Below are positions 29,296 to 39,081 of a stretch of DNA of 64,000 nt, piece by piece; position 1 is the first letter of the stretch, and every line of letters starts with the position of its first letter. This DNA is from Candidatus Bathyarchaeota archaeon (lineage in GTDB: Archaea > Thermoproteota > Bathyarchaeia > 40CM-2-53-6). The notes below the pieces were generated by a model. The model was not told the DNA's origin. It worked only from the letters and a program-made list of their open reading frames with translations, and searched no databases. Location: assembly GCA_963733055.1 (NCBI GenBank), contig CAVTBR010000001.1, positions 1,184,001 to 1,248,000 of the forward strand, in the 5' to 3' direction. A program made the position numbers and the translations under genes.

Positions 29296-30176
29296 ATGGC
29301 TCGGGTTGCTGAGGCCGTAAGCTATGGTGCTGTAACCATCGTTAACGCCATGGCGACTGGTAAGGGGGCAGCCCTAGGCACCAAACTGTGGACCCGCCGA
29401 AAGTAACGTTGACATCTCAGGGCGGATTGATCTCGGTAAGGAACCTTACCTACCCTACAGTGAATGGTCGGTTAGTCGAGGTAACGGCGAAGCAAGTCTT
29501 CCGTCGGTTTGGCTACACCAAACGTCTGGGAGCCATAGTAGAAACCCAATCAAACATACCGATCGCCGCGGGCCTGAAGAGCAGTAGCGCCGTCAGCAAC
29601 GCTGTAGCCCTCGCATGCGTAAAAGTGCTGGGCAAGAGAACTAGTGATATCGAAGTAGTCAAACTTGGGGTTGAAGCAAGCCTGCGCGCAGGAGTAACAC
29701 TCACGGGCGCCTTTGATGATGCATGCGCATGCTACTTGGGCGGCGTCGTGATTACCGACAATCTGAAGCGGAGGATTCTGAAACGGTTCAAACCGGACAG
29801 TAGACTCCGAATTCTCATTCACGTGCCAAAACAGAAAAGATACACCCGTGACGTCGATCCCGAACCGCTGAAAGAAATCACTCCGATAATTCGAGTCGCC
29901 CACAGAGAAGCACTACGAGGTAACTACTGGAACTCGTTGACACTCAACGGACTAGCCTACGCAAACGCATTTGGAATTGACACGACATCTACAATGGCTG
30001 CATTGAATGCCGGCGCGGTAGCAGCCGGGTTGACGGGAAAGGGCCCCGCGGTCGTTGCGATAGTTCGACAATCACGCATGAATAACGTTCGCACCTCCTG
30101 GCGCAGACTGGGTGGTCGGATCATTGAAACCTCAATCAACTTTCAGAAAGCAAAGGGCAAGAGGCTCGCAGATTGA
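29296..30176 (+). CDS. aroK: archaeal (GHMP-family) shikimate kinase; frameshift near 29397
   Basis: GAVTIVNAMATGKGAA in the first frame; PIAAGLKSSSA, TGAFDDACA, GLTGKGPA in the second. Confidence 0.92.
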
Positions 30177-31442
30177 ACGTCACGATTAAGCCGACGCCGT
30201 CTCTCTCAGGAGCCATAAGAGCACCCCCTTCGAAGGCATTGACACACCGCGCACTCTTTGGGGGATTATTATCAACCGGATTGACAACAATACACAACCC
30301 TCTCTCGTGCGACGACACGAATGCGACAGCTGGAGCTATCGTATCTCTAGGGGCCAAACTAGAGAGAAGACAAGAGGTTTGGATCGTAGAAGGTGGGGGC
30401 CGAGTCAATGCACCCCAACAAACAATTGAATGTGGAGAATCTGGAGTGACTCTTCGGTTTACAATTCCTGTTTCTTTGCTCGCAGGAAACGACCTCTATC
30501 TGAGGGGAAGCAAAACGCTCATGCGGAGACCACTTCAGCCTCTAATCGAATGCGTGAAACAGCTGGGAGCAAAGATCACCTCTCGCGGACAAGAGATTCA
30601 TATAAGCGGAGGGTCGGCTAAAGGTGGAAGCGTTCATTTACCTGGCAACGTGAGTTCCCAGTTCATTTCAGGGTTGCTCCTCGCTGGTCCACTGATGCGA
30701 GATGGAATAAGGATGAAACTCATTTCACCCTTGGAATCTCGCGGGTACGTATCAATGACAATTGAAACCATGAAACGTCACAAAGTCCATGTCGAGACCA
30801 ATGACGATATGTCCTTCTATCAAGTTAACCCCGATCAAGTCTACAAACCAACGGAACACAGTATACCCGGTGACTATTCTTCAGCCCGTGTTCCTCATAT
30901 CTGCCGCCTCTGTGACCAGGTCGAAAATTCAGATTCTCGGTCTCTCCCTCGACCACGCTGATCCTGATTCCGCGTTGTTGGGGTTTTTGGGTCGTATGGG
31001 AATTACGACTCGGTTTGCCTCGGATGCGTTGCAAGTGGAAGGGCGACCGCTTAGGGCAGTGGACGCTGACGTCACTGATTGCCCTGATCTAGGCCCCATT
31101 ATTGCTGTACTGGGTTGTTATGCTGAAGGGGAGACGAGGATTACCGGCGCCGGTAGGTTACGCTATAAAGAGTCTGACAGGCTATCCGCGATTAGTTCCG
31201 AGCTGAGAGCACTTGGAGCAGACATTGCGCAGACTGACGACGCTCTGTGTATTTCTGGGCCCGTTTCCCTACATGGAGGCACCGTTGATTCGCACGGTGA
31301 TCATCGAATCGCTATGGCCCTTTCAGTCGCAGCCCTTAACGCAAGCGGGCCTGTCCTGATCAAGAATGCGGAGTGTGTGAATAAATCATACCCCACATAC
31401 TTCCACGACATTCGAGCCTTGGGAGTTGGCGTGATTGAGTGA
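30173..31442 (+). CDS. aroA: EPSP synthase; frameshift near 30886
   Basis: PPSKALTHR, CGESGVTLRF, SSQFISGLL, PGDYSSA, then second frame DCPDL, LRYKESDR, GDHRIAMA, KSYP. Confidence 0.94.
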
Positions 31443-32544
31443 TAGTTCGTTTGGAAAACAGTTCCGAGTGACAATATTCGGGGAGAGTCACGGTCCGGGA
31501 GTGGCTGCTGTCGTTGATGGTTGCCCGGCCGGGCTAAAACTTAGCCTTGAAGACGTCAACGAGGAACTCGCAAGGAGAATGCCACCCGATCCCAGCATTA
31601 CATCGGCTCGACGCGAACGAGACGATGTCCAGATTCTATCAGGAGTATTCGATGGTTACACAACCGGCGCTCCAGTTGCGATGCTCACCCTAAACAAAGA
31701 TGTTAGGTCGCAAGATTACGATAAGTTGGCGTCCATCGCTCGGCCGGGCCACGCAGATTATCCAGCGAGAATCAAGTACGGCGGGTTCAACGATCTACGG
31801 GGCGGAGGACGTGCCAGCGGAAGGCTAACCGCTCCAATCATCATGGCGGGTGCGATCGCAAGAAAACTGCTGAACTCGATTGGTGTGCAGGTTTTTGCGC
31901 ACACGATACAGATTGATTCAATAAAAGTGGATAGGCAATTACAGCACGATGCAATAAAGCGTAACACGTATACGAACTCAGTCCGCTGCGCTGATCCTGA
32001 AATCGCCCAGAAAATGCAAGAGGCAATCCTGAAGGCAAGGAATGAGGGCGATAGCCTCGGTGGCGTTGTCGAATGCATAGCGGACGGAGTTCCACCTGGA
32101 ATCGGTGAACCCTTCTTTGACAGCCTAGACGCTGATCTCGCCAAGATTGCATTTAGCATTCCCGCGGTCAAGGGCTTTGAGGTGGGGTTAGGCTTTCAAG
32201 CATCGGCGGTGGCGGGTTCAGTGAATAACGATTCCTACACAGTCAAGGATGGTAGGGTGGTTACGTTGACAAATAATGCTGGCGGGATACTGGGTGGTTT
32301 GTCAAATGGAATGCCAATCGTCGTACGTGTAGGGTTTAAACCGCCTTCTTCGATTCCGAAGGAACAGAAGACGGTGAACCTGAAGGAGATGCGGGACACG
32401 ACAGTTCAAGTTACTGGTCGGCATGACCCCTGTATAGTTCCGAAGGCCGTCCCAGTTGTGGAGGCTTCAGTTGCTGTTGTCTTGGCGGACCATTGCCTTC
32501 GATCTGGAGTGATTCCGCGAACTCTGGGTAAGAAGGAAGTCTAA
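31435..32544 (+). CDS. aroC: chorismate synthase
   Basis: FGESHG, RPGHAD, GGGRASGR, GGILGGLS, KPPSSI, GRHDPC. Confidence 0.97.
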   Translation: MSDSSFGKQFRVTIFGESHGPGVAAVVDGCPAGLKLSLEDVNEELARRMPPDPSITSARRERDDVQILSGVFDGYTTGAPVAMLTLNKDVRSQDYDKLASIARPGHADYPARIKYGGFNDLRGGGRASGRLTAPIIMAGAIARKLLNSIGVQVFAHTIQIDSIKVDRQLQHDAIKRNTYTNSVRCADPEIAQKMQEAILKARNEGDSLGGVVECIADGVPPGIGEPFFDSLDADLAKIAFSIPAVKGFEVGLGFQASAVAGSVNNDSYTVKDGRVVTLTNNAGGILGGLSNGMPIVVRVGFKPPSSIPKEQKTVNLKEMRDTTVQVTGRHDPCIVPKAVPVVEASVAVVLADHCLRSGVIPRTLGKKEV

Positions 32545-32548
32545 GGAC

Positions 32549-33433
32549 TCATGAGCTCGATGCTTCCACGGCAGCTGTAAATCGGTCGTATGCTGTGTCG
32601 AACAGGCTGTCCTTTCGAGCATACGCTGCTTCCCCGCTTAGATTACGTATCAAATTACTTCGGGTTCCGCTCTGAATCGTGTGCAGCATAGTGTTGCTTT
32701 GTTTAAGGAATTGTTTGATGAGTTGTATTGCGTATTTGTTGTCGGCTAGAATCGAGGTTTCGTTCTCAAGTTTCTCGTGGTAGAGGGCTTCCGCCACGAG
32801 AAGCTGGAGTCTGAAGGTTGTGCCAGCCATGTTGCGTGCTTGGTTAGGGGCCAAGCCTGCGTCCTTCAGGGTCTTGATGAATGCAAAGTTAACGAAATGT
32901 GGTAGAGCCAATGTTGCGGCAACGATTCTGTCGTGGCTTTCCAGGTCACTCGCAATGATGTTGGCTCGTCTCTTTCTGAAGAGCGATAGGAAATCTCTTG
33001 CAGTTTTACTCTTCCGCGGTTGATGTGCAACAATTATTGTTTTATCTTCTAAGTTTCGTGCGGTTCCGGGCCCAAACATTGGGTGAATGCTTAGAATTTG
33101 AAAACCGCATCTTGCTAAGCGCGCAATTTCTCTCTTGAGAGGTTCCTTCACTGAAGAGATTTCTACGAGCAGAGTTTTTCGGGATAAGTGAGGCTCTAGG
33201 CGCTTGAGAATTCGCATCGTTACGTGTGTGGGCGTGGCAAGAATGACTAACTGGGACAGTTGGGCAGCGGCGGTCGCATTTTTCATAAATCTGAATCCGT
33301 TCCGATTGGCAGACCTGCGTCCGAGGCGGTTGTCTCTCTCACATATTATGATCCGGTATCCATTAGACGAGAGAAAATCTGCGAACCAGGACCCCATTCG
33401 CCCCGCGCCGCCAATGATAGTTGCTATTGCCAT
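32549..33433 (-). CDS. tyrA: prephenate/arogenate dehydrogenase
   Basis: IIGGAGRMG, EISSVK, HPMFGP, HDRIVA...LPH. Confidence 0.9.
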   Translation of the reverse strand: MAIATIIGGAGRMGSWFADFLSSNGYRIIICERDNRLGRRSANRNGFRFMKNATAAAQLSQLVILATPTHVTMRILKRLEPHLSRKTLLVEISSVKEPLKREIARLARCGFQILSIHPMFGPGTARNLEDKTIIVAHQPRKSKTARDFLSLFRKRRANIIASDLESHDRIVAATLALPHFVNFAFIKTLKDAGLAPNQARNMAGTTFRLQLLVAEALYHEKLENETSILADNKYAIQLIKQFLKQSNTMLHTIQSGTRSNLIRNLSGEAAYARKDSLFDTAYDRFTAAVEASSS

Positions 33434-34854
33434 GCGTCAATCGCCCTACCGATGGCCTTGATTGCGCTTGGAATTTGCGCTCGCGGTAAAGATACGGCGA
33501 GCCGGAAGAATTCCGGGTAGTCACCGAACGATAGGCCGGGAGTAATGCTTACGTGATGTTCCGATAGGAGTTGTTTCGCGAACTTTACTGAGTCGAAGTT
33601 GGGTTTGTTGGCTTTAGGGAAAACGTAGAACGCACCGTCTGGCCTGTGGAATGAAACGTCGATCTTCTCGAGCTCTTGACACGTGAGGTCTACTTTTTTC
33701 ATGATCGCCTTCACGTTTCGTTGTGCGTCGGGCTTGGCATGTTTGATCACGACTAGGGCGGCGTTCTGGATGAATTCCGGTATGCAGGTTATAGCTGTCT
33801 GCAGCAGTCGTCGAATTCGCATGGCGTTTGTCTTTGTGGTGACGAGGTAGGCTATTCTCCAGCCTGTCATCCCAAACTCTTTGGAGAAACTGTTGATGTA
33901 AACGAAATTATCGTAGCTGCTGTCCAATATGGTCGGGGCAGGAGAATGAACGTATCGATCGTAGACTTCGTCTGAAAGTATCATAGTATTGTATTTGGCG
34001 GCCATGGCTACGATTTGTTCGAATTTCTCTTTGGCAATGACTCCCCCCGTAGGGTTGCGTGGAGTATTGAGAACGAGGAGTTTAGTGCCCTTCTTGAGTT
34101 CCGACTCAAGCATCGCTAAGTCTACGTCCCAATGGTCTTCAAAAGTTGAGTTCAAGGGAATTACTCGGCCTTTGACGAAATTCACACATTCTTCGTACGC
34201 GGGCCAGCTCGGTTGAGGTATCACGACTCGTTCTAGGGATGAGACGAAACTGGTGATTGCCGCGAAGATGCCGAACCTGCCGCCAGGCGTGATTAAGATT
34301 TGATCAGGTTCAATCTCAGTCCCATGCAACTGGTTCAGTTCAGCTGCAAGAGCTTCTCTTAACGAGGGTAACCCTGCGGCGGGACCATAGCCGATAACCT
34401 TCTTCTTTCGGAATGTGGAGCTCAACGCGCGTATTACTTGAGGAGGGGCGGGGAAGTTTGGTTCCCCGATCTCGAATCTTGTGACCTTAGCGCCTTGCGA
34501 TAAGAGTTTCTGGGTTAATTCGAAAATTTCTTTAGCCAATTGGTCTTTCGACTGTTGCGGGTGAGCCGTATCTTCTACTCGAACTGTTTCTTCGATGAGG
34601 AGTTCGCCTAGACGCCTCGTGAGGGATTGATCTAGGCCAAGTTGTGCCCCAAAACGAGTAAGGCTATCCATAGTGACCGTTTCGGCATCGGAGTCAATAG
34701 TCGGCAAGTCCTTGCTATGCTTGACTTCGGCAATTTGGCTCCCAATCGCCAACCGTTCTTTAATCAGCGAGAGGATTTGCTTGTCGGTTTCACGTATCTT
34801 TGTCCGGCAGTCTTCGAGCGTGTTCAAGTCAGACGCCACAATAATTGAGTTCAC
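33424..34854 (-). CDS. chorismate mutase (AroQ) - class I/II aminotransferase fusion
   Basis: N-terminal LEDCRTKIRETDKQILSLIKER...IAEVK; C-terminal GEPNF, NTPRNPTG, SDEVY, SFSKEFGMTGWRI. Confidence 0.85.
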   Translation of the reverse strand: MNSIIVASDLNTLEDCRTKIRETDKQILSLIKERLAIGSQIAEVKHSKDLPTIDSDAETVTMDSLTRFGAQLGLDQSLTRRLGELLIEETVRVEDTAHPQQSKDQLAKEIFELTQKLLSQGAKVTRFEIGEPNFPAPPQVIRALSSTFRKKKVIGYGPAAGLPSLREALAAELNQLHGTEIEPDQILITPGGRFGIFAAITSFVSSLERVVIPQPSWPAYEECVNFVKGRVIPLNSTFEDHWDVDLAMLESELKKGTKLLVLNTPRNPTGGVIAKEKFEQIVAMAAKYNTMILSDEVYDRYVHSPAPTILDSSYDNFVYINSFSKEFGMTGWRIAYLVTTKTNAMRIRRLLQTAITCIPEFIQNAALVVIKHAKPDAQRNVKAIMKKVDLTCQELEKIDVSFHRPDGAFYVFPKANKPNFDSVKFAKQLLSEHHVSITPGLSFGDYPEFFRLAVSLPRAQIPSAIKAIGRAIDAWQ

Positions 34855-34886
34855 TCAACTATTCTAGGCTCGATTAAAGATAATCG

Positions 34887-35978
34887 TTATTCGACAATCT
34901 GCCTTTCCACGAAACCAAGTTCTCTACCGTCGGTCGCGAGTTTGAGATAGCCCAGCTCTATCGTACGGATTCCCAAAGCGGGCTTGCAGTAGACTCTTAA
35001 TGCTTCAAGTTCGAAGGCGACTAGGACACCGATTTGTACCAAGTATCGGTTTTCGTCGAGAAGGCCAACGATGATGTTCCTAAATTCTTTGCGGTCTGAC
35101 TTGTTCAGGAAAGAGAGGTTTTCGGGGATAGACAATTGCACGTCTGGTGGAGTGAAAGTTCTCACATTCCCGCCTTCGAGGAATCTACGATAGCCATCGG
35201 TCCTTGTCTTTCGCCTGTCGCTCCTAGACCGTGATAACACCTCCCTCGCCGGCTCTACGTTCATTGATTGTGCCCCACTTCCGGCCAGGATGGGTTGCAG
35301 TTCGTTTCCGAAGCCTAGCCCAATAACTAGGTCGGGTTTGGTTTGAGTGATCAGGTCGATCTTATGCTGAATCGCTTCGGGGTCCGTGATCCAGCCGTCA
35401 GTGTTTATGATCGTGACTGAATCTTCTAACACGGCAGATAGTCTTCGAATGCCATCAATTAGTTTCCCCTTAACTGGACCCGGGCTCGTGTCCCCGATGA
35501 AGATCCGGGCGTCAGGCTCTAATTCAGATAGAGCTGTAATTGATTTCCTTGGCTCTGCTCTAGCTATAGTAGTTGGTGGACCCAGGTCCGCCTGTCCAAC
35601 GTCAGCATCGATGATGTACATCTTCTGCCCGATCAGCCTGTTAACCAAGTAGACGCAGAGAGTACTCTTTCCGACGTCGGTCGTTCCAATCACCGTCACC
35701 CTTCCTTGTTTCATTTCCTTCAGGGCTTCGGCGGCGTCGCTCCATGAAGGAGGAATGGAACTGCCCTGAATCTCGAATAATCCCCCGGATTTTCCAATAG
35801 CTATCTCTAACCCGGCCCGCTGCGCTGTTTCGATCGGAAGTTGTCTCTCGCTCATTATGATTATTCGTTGATGCGATGGAATGGTTGCTCCCAGAATTGA
35901 CGCCTGTCCGTCGAGAAGATCCATGGTAGCTGGTCCGCGTACGAGTAATGTCTTGTTGGGAAATATTTCACGGAACAT
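34887..35978 (-). CDS. Clp1/Grc3-family polynucleotide 5'-hydroxyl kinase
   Basis: GTTDVGKST, DADVGQADLGPP, INTDGW. Confidence 0.9.
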   Translation of the reverse strand: MFREIFPNKTLLVRGPATMDLLDGQASILGATIPSHQRIIIMSERQLPIETAQRAGLEIAIGKSGGLFEIQGSSIPPSWSDAAEALKEMKQGRVTVIGTTDVGKSTLCVYLVNRLIGQKMYIIDADVGQADLGPPTTIARAEPRKSITALSELEPDARIFIGDTSPGPVKGKLIDGIRRLSAVLEDSVTIINTDGWITDPEAIQHKIDLITQTKPDLVIGLGFGNELQPILAGSGAQSMNVEPAREVLSRSRSDRRKTRTDGYRRFLEGGNVRTFTPPDVQLSIPENLSFLNKSDRKEFRNIIVGLLDENRYLVQIGVLVAFELEALRVYCKPALGIRTIELGYLKLATDGRELGFVERQIVE

Positions 35979-36086
35979 TATCAGTCATTCTGCGAGCTTG
36001 ATGTAACATTTACGGGTATAGGAGCCAGTGAATATTGCTAAATACACTGTCGGGTCTTCTCGCTTTCTTGCCTGGCTGGTTCTCAG

Positions 36087-36500
36087 ATGAAAGTTGACGA
36101 TTATGACGTTCCCGATGGACTCCGTTACACCAAGGAGCATGAGTGGATGAAGGTGGAGAACGGGCTATGTCGTATTGGAATAACAGACTACGCTCAAAAG
36201 TCGCTACACGAGGTCGTTTACGTCGACTTGCCGCAGTTAGGTAAGAATTTAGCCCAAAACGCGGCGTTCGGTACAGTAGAGTCGGTTAAGGCGGTTTCGG
36301 AGCTTTACTCCCCAGTTTCCGGCGACGTCGCGGAGCGTAACGAGAATTTAGTCCAATCGCCTGAATCAGTGAATCAGGATCCGTATGGGACCGGCTGGAT
36401 TGTCATAGTTAAGCCTTCACAGTTAGAGACGGATATGAAGACGCTCTTGAGCACCGAGAGTTACTCAGCTTTTCTGAAGGAAGTTATCAGGAAGAAGTGA
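36087..36500 (+). CDS. gcvH: glycine cleavage system H protein
   Basis: YTKEHEW, GITDYAQ, VESVKAVSELYSP (lipoyl Lys), DPYGTGW. Confidence 0.96.
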   Translation: MKVDDYDVPDGLRYTKEHEWMKVENGLCRIGITDYAQKSLHEVVYVDLPQLGKNLAQNAAFGTVESVKAVSELYSPVSGDVAERNENLVQSPESVNQDPYGTGWIVIVKPSQLETDMKTLLSTESYSAFLKEVIRKK

Positions 36501-36588
36501 AGACTCCACTCGACCTAGACGGCGATCTTCCATCGTTCATGCATTAATTTAAAAATGGGTTGGAATGGAGTAGCTGGACTGAACCCGC

Positions 36589-36954
36589 ATGAACCTAACG
36601 CAAAATTCCAGCCTCGACGAACGTCTGCAGCAGTCGCGGGTGTTCAAGCGACTCGCTCTGAGAAAGCTACAGCAGCGAAGACTGAAGGAAGGGCCGGAGC
36701 AGAGGGACGTATACTCTACCGTCGCGTCAGAGTTCCTAAGTCTTCCCTCTCTTGATAACGTTGATCGCCTTTCAACCGTCTACGGCTACTCAAGGGTTCG
36801 CAGAGCGATTAGTCTACTCGACAACTTGGTCTTTGAGGAATTCTTTTACGGAAAGCTCTACCTTTACCCACTGTGGATCAAACAATTCGCTCGGCTACTC
36901 GACGCGGCCAGACCGCGGGCCATTGTAAAGGAATTAATGTCCAGCCAAGAATAG
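36589..36954 (+). CDS. hypothetical protein
   Basis: 121-aa ATG ORF filling the gcvH-radB gap, preceded by an AT-rich TATA-like tract (about 36545); no motif recognised. Confidence 0.55.
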   Translation: MNLTQNSSLDERLQQSRVFKRLALRKLQQRRLKEGPEQRDVYSTVASEFLSLPSLDNVDRLSTVYGYSRVRRAISLLDNLVFEEFFYGKLYLYPLWIKQFARLLDAARPRAIVKELMSSQE

Positions 36955-37052
36955 CTCTCCCTAGGAGTAGGGAGACTTAATCCGGACCCTGGATTAGAGA
37001 CGGCGACCAGGCCGGAGGAATCCGTGTTTCATAGGGAAGGGTAGTTTGATCG

Positions 37053-37757
37053 TTGCCCGTAGTGGTAGAGAAGATTTCCGTTGGTTGTACTAGCCTCGAT
37101 CGAATGATTCATGGAGGTTTCACTAGAGGAGAGGTGGCGCTGATTTATGGCGAAGCCGCAACAGGAAAAACTACTACTGTAATTCAAGCCGCCGCTTCCT
37201 CGGCTGAGATGAAGCTGAAAGTGATCTACATTGACTCAGATCGCTCCTTCACCCAACAGAGGTTTGGCCAAATTGCGGGAAATCAATCCAAGGAAATCAG
37301 CGAACTAATCTCGCTATTCTTTCCTGATACGTTTTCAGAGCAAAGAGCTATGATAGAATCTCTGGAGAATTATGTTACGCCCTCACTGGGAATGGTGGTA
37401 GTCGATTCTGTCAGCTCATTGTATCGCGCCGCCTTTTCCGACACGGCCAGCATCTTCAGTCTAAACCGCGACCTGGGTGGACAACTAGCGTATTTAGGTG
37501 AATTAGCTTCCTCGCACAACATCGCCTGCGTGATTACGAGCCAGGTCCATTCCCGCCTAAAGCCTCCCATGACCGATATCGAACCCGTCGCACGCAGGAC
37601 TCTTTTCCATTTTCCGCGAACAATTCTCAGGACTAAAAACACTCCCAAACCAAGCGTGAGAGAATTTGTTCTGGAGCGATTCAACGGGACCGATATTCCC
37701 AGAGTTAGCTGTTTGGTGCGATTGCAGGAAAATGGGCTAGCCGACAGCGCAGCCTAG
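37053..37757 (+). CDS. radB: DNA repair ATPase RadB
   Basis: LDRMIHGG, YGEAATGKT, YIDSD, VVVDSVSSLYR; no RadA N-terminal domain. Confidence 0.8.
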   Translation: MPVVVEKISVGCTSLDRMIHGGFTRGEVALIYGEAATGKTTTVIQAAASSAEMKLKVIYIDSDRSFTQQRFGQIAGNQSKEISELISLFFPDTFSEQRAMIESLENYVTPSLGMVVVDSVSSLYRAAFSDTASIFSLNRDLGGQLAYLGELASSHNIACVITSQVHSRLKPPMTDIEPVARRTLFHFPRTILRTKNTPKPSVREFVLERFNGTDIPRVSCLVRLQENGLADSAA

Positions 37758-37798
37758 TTTTTATTTCCACAGCCCAAGCGTAATCCGTATTCCGTCTG

Positions 37799-38308
37799 GT
37801 GAAAGAATTGTGGCCGCAACCGCAGGATTGGCTCTCAGCTCTCTACATAATCCTGCCCACATACTGCGCGAACGCAGCCCCCGTAATCTTCGGAGGCGGA
37901 CGCTCGATCGATTTTGGAAAGAAATTAACCGACGGACAAAGAGTCTTCGGAGACAACAAGACATTTCGCGGGTTCATTAGCGGAATCATCGTCGGAACAT
38001 TGGTCGGCCTCCTCTGTTCCTACGTACTCTCCCGGAATCTGATTTCGATCGCGATCCTCGCTTCAGTGGGGGCTTTGCTTGGGGATTTGGCGGGGGCGTT
38101 TCTGAAGAGACGATTGCATATTAGGCCTGGAGACTCGTTGCCTGGCGTGGATCAGCTAGATTTCGTAGTAGGATCCTTGCTCTTTGTTTCGCTCTTTTCG
38201 CCAATCCCCACTACGGTCATCCTGATCCTGCTTGTTGTTACTCCACCGATTCACTTTCTAACGAATGTCGGTGCCTACCTTCTCGGTCTGAAAGAGAACT
38301 ACTGGTAA
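37799..38308 (+). CDS. carS: CDP-archaeol synthase (DUF46)
   Basis: YCANAAP, GDNKTFRG, LLGDLAGAFLKRR, PGVDQLDF, LKENYW. Confidence 0.92.
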   Translation: MKELWPQPQDWLSALYIILPTYCANAAPVIFGGGRSIDFGKKLTDGQRVFGDNKTFRGFISGIIVGTLVGLLCSYVLSRNLISIAILASVGALLGDLAGAFLKRRLHIRPGDSLPGVDQLDFVVGSLLFVSLFSPIPTTVILILLVVTPPIHFLTNVGAYLLGLKENYW

Positions 38309-38314
38309 ACGACG

Positions 38315-38782
38315 TCAGCCAATCTTAGTGTTGATCAGTTGAGTGGAGTAGGCTACAACTATGAGGACGGTCACGGTTCCAAGAATCAAAAGAAGGTATG
38401 CGTTGCGCGGCCTGTAGGCATACCTCGTGCTACGAAGAAGCATGTAGAGACCGGCTAGACCGAGAAAATATAGGAACGCAGCAATCAGGCTCTCATTCAA
38501 AGTCTGTTGACCGAGAGTACCTTGGATTACCACGGAATATCCGTATGATGTGGGCAGTAGCGAGATGGGATGCTCAAGTATATCGTAAACTCCGCCGGCC
38601 AAAACGAACCCAACGAAGAGAACGACTCCCAACGCCAAAACCGTTGTCGAAGGTTTCATCCTGCGTGTGGTCGGCCCTTTCAAACCACGGAACGAGTAAC
38701 CTAGGTTACCAAACAGCCGTTGCATCTTCCATGGTATTCTGCGTAGTCTGATGCGAAGACCTTCGAACATGTGATAGTTCAC
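38315..38782 (-). CDS. OST3/OST6 (DC2/OSTC)-like oligosaccharyltransferase accessory subunit
   Basis: 3 TM with AGGVYDILEHP...QTLNESLIAAFLYFLGLAG...LLLILG...K, the pattern of the OST3/6 TM region. Confidence 0.65.
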   Translation of the reverse strand: MNYHMFEGLRIRLRRIPWKMQRLFGNLGYSFRGLKGPTTRRMKPSTTVLALGVVLFVGFVLAGGVYDILEHPISLLPTSYGYSVVIQGTLGQQTLNESLIAAFLYFLGLAGLYMLLRSTRYAYRPRNAYLLLILGTVTVLIVVAYSTQLINTKIG

Positions 38783-38855
38783 TACGCAGCTGGAACGACC
38801 AAGAGGCTAAAATATGTTGCCTTGCTTGTTGGTCGTCCTTAAGCGTGGTTCAATT

Positions 38856-39032
38856 TTGCCCCAGAAGATTTTCTGTCAGGAGTGCGGCTCAGTCCTTTAT
38901 CATGGGTTGGAGCTTGAGACTCCAATGGAAATCATACAACGGCATAATGGTATATGCCCTCAATGCAAGAGGAAACTCGACTTCGAAACCGAGAAGGTCA
39001 AAATCGCCCCAAACGAGGAAGTAGCAAAGTAA
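38856..39032 (+). CDS. small zinc-finger protein
   Basis: MPQKIFCQECG...CPQCKRKL; TTG 38856 is the likely start. Confidence 0.7.
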   Translation: MPQKIFCQECGSVLYHGLELETPMEIIQRHNGICPQCKRKLDFETEKVKIAPNEEVAK

Positions 39033-39081
39033 TCAGTGCCACATCGAATCTCCTGACGTAAGAGTACCTCAGTGAAGTGGT

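Noticed and set aside
37005-37022. CCAGGCCGGAGGAA resembling SRP RNA helix 8
   Set aside because: Lacks the GNRA-closing stem and the AGCA motif, and the gap is far too short for archaeal 7S RNA
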